Shown here: positions 29,640-37,643 of the stretch, piece after piece
Layout: every line of letters starts with the position of its first letter
How positions within the stretch are numbered: the first letter of the stretch is position 1
Source of the DNA: an uncultured Brevinema sp.
GTDB taxonomy: Bacteria; Spirochaetota; Brevinematia; Brevinematales; Brevinemataceae
NCBI GenBank assembly: GCA_947036575.1
Contig: CAMQSH010000001.1
Coordinates: 1-60,472 of the forward strand
Reading direction: 5' to 3'
Length of the DNA stretch: 60,472 nucleotides
Made by a program: the position numbers and the translations under genes
Notes under the pieces: generated by a model
The model's input: only the letters and a program-made list of their open reading frames with translations
Told to the model about the DNA's origin: nothing
The model's database searches: none

Positions 29640-30407
29640 TTATTTTATTTTTACTTTATATTCTCTGATAAGATCAAATTGTAAAATCCCATAATCTTCA
29701 TGCCTTAAGATAGTATGTCTACACTCAAAAGGTAATAAAGATTTATCATCACAATAGGATAATCTTTTTACCCCTAATAAGGCATAGCCTTCTTTTACAC
29801 CAAGCGTTTCCGCTATTTTTTTATCTGCTATTTTTGAAAAAAAGCTCTCAGAATAATAAACAACTTCAATATTATTAATCATATGAAAATATTGTTTAGG
29901 CATTTTTTTAACATTATTAAAATAACTATCTGAAAAAGAAGAAATTTTATCCCCATCCAAATAAGTATCTTCCCAGGCTATAACATTACTATCCAGATAT
30001 CTCAGCCCGTGAATAACATGATAAGATTCCCATTCTTCTATAGGGCAAGCCCCCGTATTCTCGATATTAGGAAGAGCATATTGAGCAGAAATAATCGTAC
30101 ATTCTGTAGTTTCTGAGAAATTATTTTGGCTTATATTCACATTTTTTTTGGTACTGGTATTATAAAAAGTAGTACTTGGTAATTTTATTACCTTCGTTCC
30201 TTTACCTTGATAGGATTCGACGATTCCTTGAGTAACCAATCGAGCAAGTGCCGTACGAATAGTGATCCTACTCACTCCGAATTTGGATTCTAGTCGCCCT
30301 TGAGATGGGAGAAACTCGCCTATTCTGTATTCTCCCATCACTATCCAGTAGCAAATCCTCTGCTCTACTTGATACACTAATGGTATTGGATTATTTCTAT
30401 CAAACAT
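29640..30407 (-). CDS. GntR/HutC-family transcriptional regulator
   Basis: N-terminal wHTH (LPSQGRLESKFGVSRITIRTALARL) plus a UTRA-sized C-terminal domain. Confidence 0.85.
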   Translation of the reverse strand: MFDRNNPIPLVYQVEQRICYWIVMGEYRIGEFLPSQGRLESKFGVSRITIRTALARLVTQGIVESYQGKGTKVIKLPSTTFYNTSTKKNVNISQNNFSETTECTIISAQYALPNIENTGACPIEEWESYHVIHGLRYLDSNVIAWEDTYLDGDKISSFSDSYFNNVKKMPKQYFHMINNIEVVYYSESFFSKIADKKIAETLGVKEGYALLGVKRLSYCDDKSLLPFECRHTILRHEDYGILQFDLIREYKVKIK

Positions 30408-30445
30408 AATGCCCCAACATGTTATATATCTATACCAACATTATA

Positions 30446-30499
30446 ATGTAGAAATCTATTTATTACTAGACAAAAATAGTAATAAATAGATTTCTACAT
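30446..30499. repeat. 23-bp perfect inverted repeat with 8-nt spacer
   Basis: TGTAGAAATCTATTTATTACTA (30447-30468) pairs with its exact reverse complement at 30477-30498. No flanking U-run. Confidence 0.8.
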
Positions 30500-30540
30500 A
30501 AAACTTTATCAAATAATAAAATAAATAAAAAAATAATCAC

Positions 30541-30575
30541 AAAAAACCCTCTCATAAATGAGAGGGTTTTTATTT
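30541..30575. terminator. bidirectional rho-independent terminator
   Basis: CCCTCTCA / TGAGAGGG stem flanked by an A-run and a T-run. Confidence 0.8.
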
Positions 30576-30606
30576 ATATTAGTTAGATATATAATAAGTT
30601 AACTTA

Positions 30607-31191
30607 TTATATTTTTTCATAACCAGTCATTTCTAGTTTACCAAGAGCAATTGATGTATCTGATACATATACTCCAGATACAGCATATAATTTGTCGCCA
30701 TCTACGATAGAACCTATATACGATTCTGTTTTGCCAGGTTTAGCTTTTTCAGCAGGACCTGAAGCTTAACCACCAACAGTTTTATTCGCATCAACAAGGT
30801 ATAAGTTTAATTTACCAGCTTCGTCAGCTGTTAATCCAGTATGTGTTGCATAAGCACCAGCATCTACTTTTGTACCAGGAGTTGCGGTATAGTAAGCTGA
30901 AACAGTTTTTACTGTACCGTCTGCTTCATTAGCTTTAGTTGTTGTTACTGTAGCAGTTACCATAGCACCTTTATCGCCAGTATAGACGTAAGTTCTACTT
31001 GTTGATTGTCTTCCTTGAGTATCTTCTTTAGCAACATTTTGCCAAACAGAATCAGCTTTAGGAAAGTTTTTTTCCATTTCTGCAAATATCTTATCAGTGT
31101 CTTTAGTGACATCTAAAAGTGGTTTAGGTACTGTAGTACAAGCCCCTAAAAATAATACGCTTAATACAGCGACGTTTAAAATTTGTTTCAT
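30607..31191 (-). pseudogene. lipoprotein gene interrupted by an in-frame TAA at 30766-30768
   Basis: Lipobox LGACT. After the TAA the same frame stays open for 52 more codons (ASGPAEKAKPGKTESYIGSIVDGDKLYAV...YEKI*). It ends just before the terminator. Confidence 0.6.
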
Positions 31192-31310
31192 AATATGAAA
31201 CCTCCATGAGTTTTTTCCTCTTTCTTGAGAAAATTTTTATTCTTTATTATTATTTTTAAAATATTAAAATATATTGTAATAACAATCGCCATCTTACTTA
31301 TCTCCCTCTA

Positions 31311-31339
31311 TTGACAATCACTTTAATAAGAGTTATACT
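31311..31339 (+). promoter_or_regulatory. sigma70-type promoter TTGACA-17-TATACT
   Basis: -35 at 31311-31316 and -10 at 31334-31339, upstream of the 31370 CDS. Confidence 0.6.
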
Positions 31340-31369
31340 ATCTACATAAACAAAATATAGAGGGAAACA

Positions 31370-31948
31370 ATGAAAACTTTTATTTTATTATTATTACTGA
31401 CTACTGGTAATGTTGCAATATCACCAGCTCAGTCTATTACAAAAAATTTTAACAGTATAATAGCTCCTATTATTGACAACTATCCAAAAACTTTTGAAGT
31501 CCAAAGAAGAAGAAGCGTCAGAAGAACAAGACGTACTACTCGTCGTGCTCCAAATCAACAAAGACAGAATCAACAATCCAATCAAAGAAATCGTTCAGGA
31601 TTATTTGGGGGATTATTTGGAGGAATGCTTTTAGGTAGTATGTTTGGAAATATGTTTGGCGGTGGTGGTGGCGGTGGATCCCTACTGATGATTATATTAC
31701 TAGGCTTTGGTATCATGGCATTTTTACGTGCTAGATCTCACAGAAATAATTCAGACCGTTACACAGATATTCAATCTGATAATTATTCAAACAACTATTT
31801 AGACAATGATACAGATGACAACGAAGATGAAGTTGCCGAAGAAACCATCGAAGAAATCTACGAAGACGATGTCCTAGTAGAAACCAGACGTACTTTTAGT
31901 AACTCCTCTGACGTTGAGATTACTGACCATAGAAAAGATAAAAAATAA
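31370..31948 (+). CDS. low-complexity membrane protein (Arg/Gln-rich, Gly-zipper TM, acidic tail)
   Basis: Signal peptide, RRRSVRRTRRTTRR, GLFGGLFGGMLLGSMFGNMFGGGGGGG, one TM segment, D/E-rich C-terminus. No recognisable family. Confidence 0.5.
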   Translation: MKTFILLLLLTTGNVAISPAQSITKNFNSIIAPIIDNYPKTFEVQRRRSVRRTRRTTRRAPNQQRQNQQSNQRNRSGLFGGLFGGMLLGSMFGNMFGGGGGGGSLLMIILLGFGIMAFLRARSHRNNSDRYTDIQSDNYSNNYLDNDTDDNEDEVAEETIEEIYEDDVLVETRRTFSNSSDVEITDHRKDKK

Positions 31949-31977
31949 TAAAATACTAAAGATAAAAAAAGCTCATC

Positions 31978-32616
31978 CTAGTGATGAGCTTTTATCATAT
32001 GTTTTTTTAATATATAAATAATAGTAGAATAAAAAGCCGTATCCTTAGGCAATCTTTCTAATAAGATGAGTGCATCGTTCTCCGTTATATTATCAATATC
32101 TGTATAGATTTTTATAACTTCTTTTCTTTTGTCTTTTAATTTTTTATCATTCAAATTTAATTTATTTATACTTGCCCAAGCTTTTTGATTTGAAGGATCT
32201 GATCTAATTTCTCCAGTCAAAGAGTACGTAAAATTTTTAGCACAATGTGGATCTAGTGGAGATATAAAACCATAAGCAGGATCATAATTTTTTTTATGTT
32301 TTCCACAATGATCTAATTTTGTTCCATCTATTCTATCTCCCCCACAAGACATAACAATATTATTATAATGATAAGATTTGTCTTGATAAGTACTTCTTGG
32401 ATAAATATGTTCAATATGACTTAAACTGATACCATTTTTATTCTCACCCTCAGGCAATTCATCCTCACAGTAAGCACAGAGATAGGACTGTTCTTCTTTT
32501 AATATATCTTTCACACTATTTTTTAAATGATTCTTTAAATTATCCCAAACACCTGTATGCTGTTGAAATTGTTGTATAATAGGATCTAAAAGTTTTGTTT
32601 TTTTAATATATTTCAT
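31978..32616 (-). CDS. ptuB: HNH endonuclease, Septu PtuB-like
   Basis: CAYCE ... HIEHIYPRS ... NNIVMSCGG ... HCGKHK (HNH/zinc motifs). 212 aa. Starts 3 nt after the ATPase stop. Confidence 0.65.
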   Translation of the reverse strand: MKYIKKTKLLDPIIQQFQQHTGVWDNLKNHLKNSVKDILKEEQSYLCAYCEDELPEGENKNGISLSHIEHIYPRSTYQDKSYHYNNIVMSCGGDRIDGTKLDHCGKHKKNYDPAYGFISPLDPHCAKNFTYSLTGEIRSDPSNQKAWASINKLNLNDKKLKDKRKEVIKIYTDIDNITENDALILLERLPKDTAFYSTIIYILKKHMIKAHH

Positions 32617-32619
32617 TGG

Positions 32620-33885
32620 TTATTTTCCCAAGATTTCTATTCTTTTAACCCACGCGTTTAACTTGGTTATTTCAGTATCATTACCTATTTTTTCTTTGAG
32701 TATCTTTATTGCTTGTTTGGCTTTATCTACTTTTTTATCATCTAACAAAGTATATATATTTTTGATTTGATCTTCTATTTCAAAATCTCTTTTTGATGAA
32801 TCCATAATATATTCTAAAATTTGATCACTCGTTTTACCATACATCACATGTTCTAATTGTAGTGGCTTAATATTATTTGTTTCACTAAGTTCTTGTTGGT
32901 TCAAAATAAATACAGAACAATTAGAAATACTAGAAATTACTTGAGGGGAATGGGTTGTAACAATAAATTGACAATTTGGAAATATTTCTACTAATTTTGG
33001 TAATATTTCTCTTTGCCATTTTGGGTGTAAATGCAATGCAATTTCATCAATGAAAATAACTCCTTTACCTTTTAATGGATCTAACAAGCTATGATTTAAC
33101 ATTGTTAACCTTCGTGCTATATCCCCTATTAAAGCTATATAAAGTTTTTCTCCTTGAGATAATAATTCCATATCTAACTCGGAAACAGTCCCATCATATA
33201 ATTTTTTTGTTAGTAATAATAGATGTGGGTGTCCTCTTTGTAATTTGATAAAATGAAATCCTGTGAATTTTTGAATAGCTGCTTTAACTGGTTGTAAACT
33301 ATCAACTAATATTCCCGTTTCTCGTAATTTTTCATTAATAATATCATCTTGATTACGATACCATTCGAAAAAAAGACGAAAATCAGTTTTACCTGTCAAA
33401 CAATTATCATAAGCATTTATTCTACTAAACTCATTTTTAATTGTTACATTTATAGGCATCATCATAACAGCTCTTTCAGCACGATAATAGGCTATTAGTG
33501 GTAAATCAATAGTATCATTATCATCATAGAGTTTTTCTATATTATTATTTTTTTGCTCTGAAAAATTTTGCTTATAATGAGTAGGCTTATTTTTTATTAT
33601 TGAATAATCAACAGTACAATCTGCTGATAATTTGTACATATCACTAGAAAACACAATCCCAATATTACAAGAACGTTCATTTTTACGAATGTCTGTTTTT
33701 TTATTAAAAACAATTTGTTTTTGAGGAAAAGGAAGTGCTCTATTCAACAACAAAGCACAAGCATCAAGAATAGACGTTTTACCAACACCATTATTTCCAA
33801 TAATAATATTCATTTGAGGATGAAATTGTATCTTACAACTTGCTATGCCACGAAAATTTTTTAGGGTTACATCCTTCAATATCAC
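32620..33885 (-). CDS. ptuA: AAA/ABC-like ATPase, Septu PtuA-like
   Basis: Walker A GNNGVGKTS, signature-like LSQGEK, Walker B VIFIDEIALHLHP, TTHSP. GTG start with a GGGAG RBS. Confidence 0.65.
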   Translation of the reverse strand: MILKDVTLKNFRGIASCKIQFHPQMNIIIGNNGVGKTSILDACALLLNRALPFPQKQIVFNKKTDIRKNERSCNIGIVFSSDMYKLSADCTVDYSIIKNKPTHYKQNFSEQKNNNIEKLYDDNDTIDLPLIAYYRAERAVMMMPINVTIKNEFSRINAYDNCLTGKTDFRLFFEWYRNQDDIINEKLRETGILVDSLQPVKAAIQKFTGFHFIKLQRGHPHLLLLTKKLYDGTVSELDMELLSQGEKLYIALIGDIARRLTMLNHSLLDPLKGKGVIFIDEIALHLHPKWQREILPKLVEIFPNCQFIVTTHSPQVISSISNCSVFILNQQELSETNNIKPLQLEHVMYGKTSDQILEYIMDSSKRDFEIEDQIKNIYTLLDDKKVDKAKQAIKILKEKIGNDTEITKLNAWVKRIEILGK

Positions 33886-33971
33886 TACACTACTCCCTCA
33901 GATTATTTTATAAATCTTAGTATTTAACTTCTATTAGAAAATTCCTAATAGAAGTCTTCTAATCGAGCTTT

Positions 33972-34601
33972 TTATTTTGTAAAAATTCCAAAAGGTTTGC
34001 CCATAGGAATAAATTCTCTTTTGAATTGAGTATTTAATACTGTTCCTGCTGCACCATAAAAGGAAACAAGTGATATTAATAATTCAGAAATCCCAGCTAA
34101 TTGATGAGTTAGTTCTGTCGCAATTCCAAAAGTTGTTAGTGATAATCCTATAAATAAAAAATTTATGAGCAAAAAAATAATAAATAACACTTTATTCGTT
34201 TCCATAGAAGCAACTGTCATAAATAAGGTGAAAATAAGATACCCAACAAATGCAACTCCTAGTTGATTTATATCTGCATTTTGTGCCATTTCTTCGCCGA
34301 AAACACCATGTTGTATCATCCATGTTGTACCAACAGCAAACCAAAAAAAGCCATATCCACAGAATGCTGTTGCCCCAAAAGTATTATTTAACTTTGCATC
34401 TAGCATACCTGCATAAAATTGAGCTATAGCACCCAAAAAGATAGCCCATGGTATTACCAAAGAAGTACCCTCTGTAAATCCTAATTTTTGTGATGAAGCA
34501 ACTAAAGTAACCATTGCTAAGCCAAAAAGACCTATTGCACTAGGATTTGCTACAACTTCAGCTACCTTTGTAACCTGTGAATCATTTGAGTGTTCTGACA
34601 T
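33972..34601 (-). CDS. satP: GPR1/FUN34/YaaH-family acetate/succinate channel
   Basis: NPSAIGLFGLAM N-terminal motif. 6 TM segments. 209 aa. Confidence 0.75.
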   Translation of the reverse strand: MSEHSNDSQVTKVAEVVANPSAIGLFGLAMVTLVASSQKLGFTEGTSLVIPWAIFLGAIAQFYAGMLDAKLNNTFGATAFCGYGFFWFAVGTTWMIQHGVFGEEMAQNADINQLGVAFVGYLIFTLFMTVASMETNKVLFIIFLLINFLFIGLSLTTFGIATELTHQLAGISELLISLVSFYGAAGTVLNTQFKREFIPMGKPFGIFTK

Positions 34602-35063
34602 CTAATTTTCTCCTAAGATAATTGTATTATTAATATTTATGTCGGTTTGTGTACTAGAAAAACTATACTATCATCACTATAAAAACGTGCTTTCTAACTT
34701 ACTATATTGTTATTTTTATCTAGTAAATTATTTTATAATTATCTTAAAATCCATAAAAAACATATGAGTTCTGTATATATTTTTTTTATTTGTTGATTAG
34801 ATTTTTTGCTTATTTTATTTGTTTTTATCCAGTAAGACGTATTTAGTATGATTCCATATAAAACTAATATTATAGAATCTATTAGTTTTGGTATGATATA
34901 AAAGATAGGAAGAATCATCATCACAAAATGATATTTTATTAGAATAGATATTTACCCCTATTATATTAAGTATCTATATCTCCCCCAATACTAATTATCT
35001 TTAATATTATATCATTTGCACTTTAAAAATGCAATACTATTTCACTATATAATAAACAATTTA

Positions 35064-35092
35064 TTGACAAAAGATTATTCCTATGATATAAT
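35064..35092 (+). promoter_or_regulatory. perfect sigma70 consensus promoter TTGACA-17-TATAAT
   Basis: -35 at 35064-35069 and -10 at 35087-35092. The predicted +1 is near G35099. Confidence 0.75.
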
Positions 35093-35098
35093 AAAAGT

Positions 35099-35331
35099 GC
35101 TTACATTTTAGGATCTTTTATAGATCTCTTTTATTTCTATCTTAGATTTATTAAAGATAGAGGTTTTCTGTGTAGAAAATCTCTTTTTATTTTAAATCTA
35201 AGAAGTGTGTCTCCATATTTGTTTTTATAACTACTTCTATCTAAATTCATATTAATTGCTCATAGCAGTTTGTGTATTTTTACGGAAGTAGTTATAAATA
35301 GAAATATTTAGATCTTTCCTAAAATGTAAGC
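35099..35331 (+). ncRNA. structured RNA of unknown class (~233 nt, Y-shaped, 5' and 3' ends paired)
   Basis: A 15-bp perfect closing helix (35099-35113 / 35317-35331) starts at the predicted +1. There are further helices and two capped arms. G.U pairs fit only the + strand. No ORF. Confidence 0.6.
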
Positions 35332-35586
35332 AATACAAACTCTATGGGCTTTTTTAGTGATATAGGGATTAGCGTAGCACGACTAATAGCTTACTGCATT
35401 TAGAGAACGTAGAAATAATTTGTTAAGTAAAATCTCTTAGACAAAAAACAATATAGAAGATCTTATGCTCTAGAATATGGGACGCCATACCTTAAGTATA
35501 TAGACTCTATATACGTTATATTAAATTAATATCACAAAATAATATATAGTAGTGTATAAAGAATATACAGTACAAGGAGTATATAA

Positions 35587-36006
35587 ATGAAAAAAATTCT
35601 TATTTTAGGATTAATTTTTGCAGCTGTAGGATGTTCTAATGAACCAGAGCTAAATATGGACGAGATCAACAAAGCTGCTGCCTTAGCAATGCTAAAAGGA
35701 TCTTACAAAACAACTGTGAATACTCCTATTATTTCAGAAGTGTTTATAACTATAGGAACAGATGTCACTATTGATACTTTAAATTTTTCTATAACAGCAA
35801 CAGATGTTGCAAACAATCTTAGCTTTGAATACCTAGAAGTAAAAGAAGGTTGGGTTGTTTATAAAGTTACCTTTAATAGTAAAACCAAATATACAGCTTT
35901 AGGAACTGGTAACGGTTTTATTATAACAGAATCTATGGACTTCAGAGATAGTCAAGATGCTCTTACTTTTCCAGAAGAAGGAAGACCATTTCTTAAAAAA
36001 CAGTAA
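35587..36006 (+). CDS. lipoprotein, unknown function (copy 1)
   Basis: Lipobox AAVGCS, AGGAG RBS. Paralog of 36273..36746. Confidence 0.7.
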   Translation: MKKILILGLIFAAVGCSNEPELNMDEINKAAALAMLKGSYKTTVNTPIISEVFITIGTDVTIDTLNFSITATDVANNLSFEYLEVKEGWVVYKVTFNSKTKYTALGTGNGFIITESMDFRDSQDALTFPEEGRPFLKKQ

Positions 36007-36026
36007 TTAATTACTAATTTACTAAT

Positions 36027-36061
36027 TAAAAAAGCCTCTATTAATTTAGAGGCTTTTTTTA
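36027..36061. terminator. bidirectional terminator (copy 1)
   Basis: AGCCTCTA / TAGAGGCT stem with an A-run and a T-run. Confidence 0.75.
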
Positions 36062-36062
36062 T

Positions 36063-36165
36063 CTATATTTTATCCATAGTAGCAATAAAGAGATTATATA
36101 ATTCATCATATTCTTCTTTTTCACCAAGATCTGCTAACATCTTGTCTAGTTTGTTAATACTATCT
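36063..36165 (-). pseudogene. duplicated 3'-terminal fragment of the cyclase-like gene
   Basis: Near-identical to 36802-36905. Encodes ...SINKLDKMLADLGEKEEYDELYNLFIATMDKI* with no upstream part. Confidence 0.8.
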
Positions 36166-36205
36166 AATAATTTTTACCAAATTGAGATTTTTTATTTCAA
36201 TCTAT

Positions 36206-36234
36206 TTGACATGTTAATCCGATTATATTATACT
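36206..36234 (+). promoter_or_regulatory. sigma70-type promoter TTGACA-17-TATACT
   Basis: Lies in the duplication junction, upstream of lipoprotein copy 2. Confidence 0.6.
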
Positions 36235-36272
36235 ATATTATACAAAAGGTGTACACTACAAGGGGTATATAA

Positions 36273-36746
36273 ATGAAAAAAATTCTTATTTTAGGATTAA
36301 TTTTTGTAGCTGCAGGATGTTCTAATGAACCGCAACTAAACAAAAAGTCGCAACTAGATGAAAAGCCTCAACTAGATGCGGACGAGATCAATCAAGCTGT
36401 TGCCCTAGAAATGCTAAAAGGATCTTACAAAACAATCGAACTTACTGGTTTTATTTCGAAAGTGGATATAACTATAGGAACAGATGTCACTATTGATACT
36501 TTAAATTTTTCTATAACAGCAACAGATGTTGCAGACAATCTTAGCTTTGAGTACCTAGATATAAAGGGAAAATGGGTTGTTTATAAAGTTACCTTTAATA
36601 GTGAAACCAAATATACAGCTTTAGGAGCAGGAAAGAGTCGTGATGGTACCGAAAGTTTTATGCTAATAGAATCTTCTACATTCCGAGATAGCCCAGATGC
36701 TGTTACTTTTCCAGAACAAGGCATCACATTCCTTGATAAACCATAA
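36273..36746 (+). CDS. lipoprotein, unknown function (copy 2, with inserted KSQLDEKPQLD segment)
   Basis: Lipobox AAAGCS. Long identical blocks with copy 1 (TIGTDVTIDTLNFSITATDVA.NLSFEYL). Confidence 0.7.
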   Translation: MKKILILGLIFVAAGCSNEPQLNKKSQLDEKPQLDADEINQAVALEMLKGSYKTIELTGFISKVDITIGTDVTIDTLNFSITATDVADNLSFEYLDIKGKWVVYKVTFNSETKYTALGAGKSRDGTESFMLIESSTFRDSPDAVTFPEQGITFLDKP

Positions 36747-36765
36747 TTAATTACTATTTTATAAT

Positions 36766-36801
36766 TAAAAAAGCCTCTATTAATTTAGAGGCTTTTTTTA
36801 T
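36766..36801. terminator. bidirectional terminator (copy 2) shared by convergent genes
   Basis: Same AGCCTCTA / TAGAGGCT hairpin. Confidence 0.75.
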
Positions 36802-37605
36802 CTATATTTTATCCATAGTAGCAATAAAGAGATTATATAATTCATCATATTCTTCTTTTTCACCAAGATCTGCTAACATCTTGTCTAGTTTGTTGATACT
36901 ATCTATTTTTTTATATTTAATATTATCTATTATCGCAGACTCCATATGCTCATCATAATCAAATACAATATTTTTCCAATCTCTACAATACCATATAATT
37001 GGATATGCTCTATTATTCCAAACTCCTTTGAGTTTTTCATAGCTCACTATTCTTAAATGTTCTGATATATTACTTTTACATGCATCAGGGCATTGCATTT
37101 TGTACAGTGTGTAGGCTAGTTTGGCACATACTATTATTCTGCCTTTTGTCACATATTTAGTAATCCTAAAGCCAGTGTCAATATCACTCCCTATAAAATC
37201 GAGAGAATCATTAGCACATCCTGTAGATAAAGCCACATTATTATAATTTTTTATGGTCTCATTATATTCAGTAATATCAGCAGCCCATACAGAAGATTTC
37301 GCATAAATAGAATTATCGTCAGATAAAGATTCTTGTATAATAGTTAAAGTATTGTCTATATATTCAAGTATTTTATACATTTCTGTCTTATCTTTTATCA
37401 CTACATAAAATAAAATCTCATCCCCTAAACGCTTCCATACTTTTAGCTCTGAATAAACAAAACAACTCCTCAAATATTCAGCTGATATTAGATAGAAATC
37501 ATGAAATACTTTAGGCCATTTTTTTGGATATTTGTATTTATATGCTGTAGAATCTACTAAATCGATAGATATAAAAACATATAATAACTCTTCTTGTTCT
37601 GCCAT
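36802..37605 (-). CDS. palm-domain nucleotide cyclase-like protein (class III cyclase / GGDEF / mCpol superfamily), orphan
   Basis: Motifs FISIDLVDST, WKRLGDEILF, DFIGSDIDTGFRI. Start moved to the ATG at 37605, 8 nt after AAGGAGG. Confidence 0.55.
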   Translation of the reverse strand: MAEQEELLYVFISIDLVDSTAYKYKYPKKWPKVFHDFYLISAEYLRSCFVYSELKVWKRLGDEILFYVVIKDKTEMYKILEYIDNTLTIIQESLSDDNSIYAKSSVWAADITEYNETIKNYNNVALSTGCANDSLDFIGSDIDTGFRITKYVTKGRIIVCAKLAYTLYKMQCPDACKSNISEHLRIVSYEKLKGVWNNRAYPIIWYCRDWKNIVFDYDEHMESAIIDNIKYKKIDSINKLDKMLADLGEKEEYDELYNLFIATMDKI

Positions 37606-37643
37606 GTCACCCCCCTCCTTTCTATTAAACAACCGTAAGATAT

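Noticed and set aside
34739-34924. A 61-aa hydrophobic ORF as a possible type I toxin next to the structured RNA.
   Set aside because: It has a GTG start without an RBS, sits in very AT-rich spacer, and does not overlap the RNA. It is most likely a chance ORF.
35099-35331. Retron msr/msd interpretation of the structured RNA. It has terminal inverted repeats like a1/a2, GG right after the 5' arm, and a PtuAB-like pair nearby.
   Set aside because: There is no reverse-transcriptase ORF anywhere in the window. The next gene downstream is a lipoprotein. The PtuAB pair is on the opposite strand, 1.2 kb away, with satP in between. I kept it only as a speculative link in the island finding.
36802-37605. 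A complete Pycsar/CBASS-like cyclic-nucleotide defence operon.
   Set aside because: No effector gene (TIR, TM, nuclease or cNMP-binding) lies on the same strand. The gene is monocistronic, between its own promoter and a terminator. I therefore report it as an orphan cyclase-like gene only.
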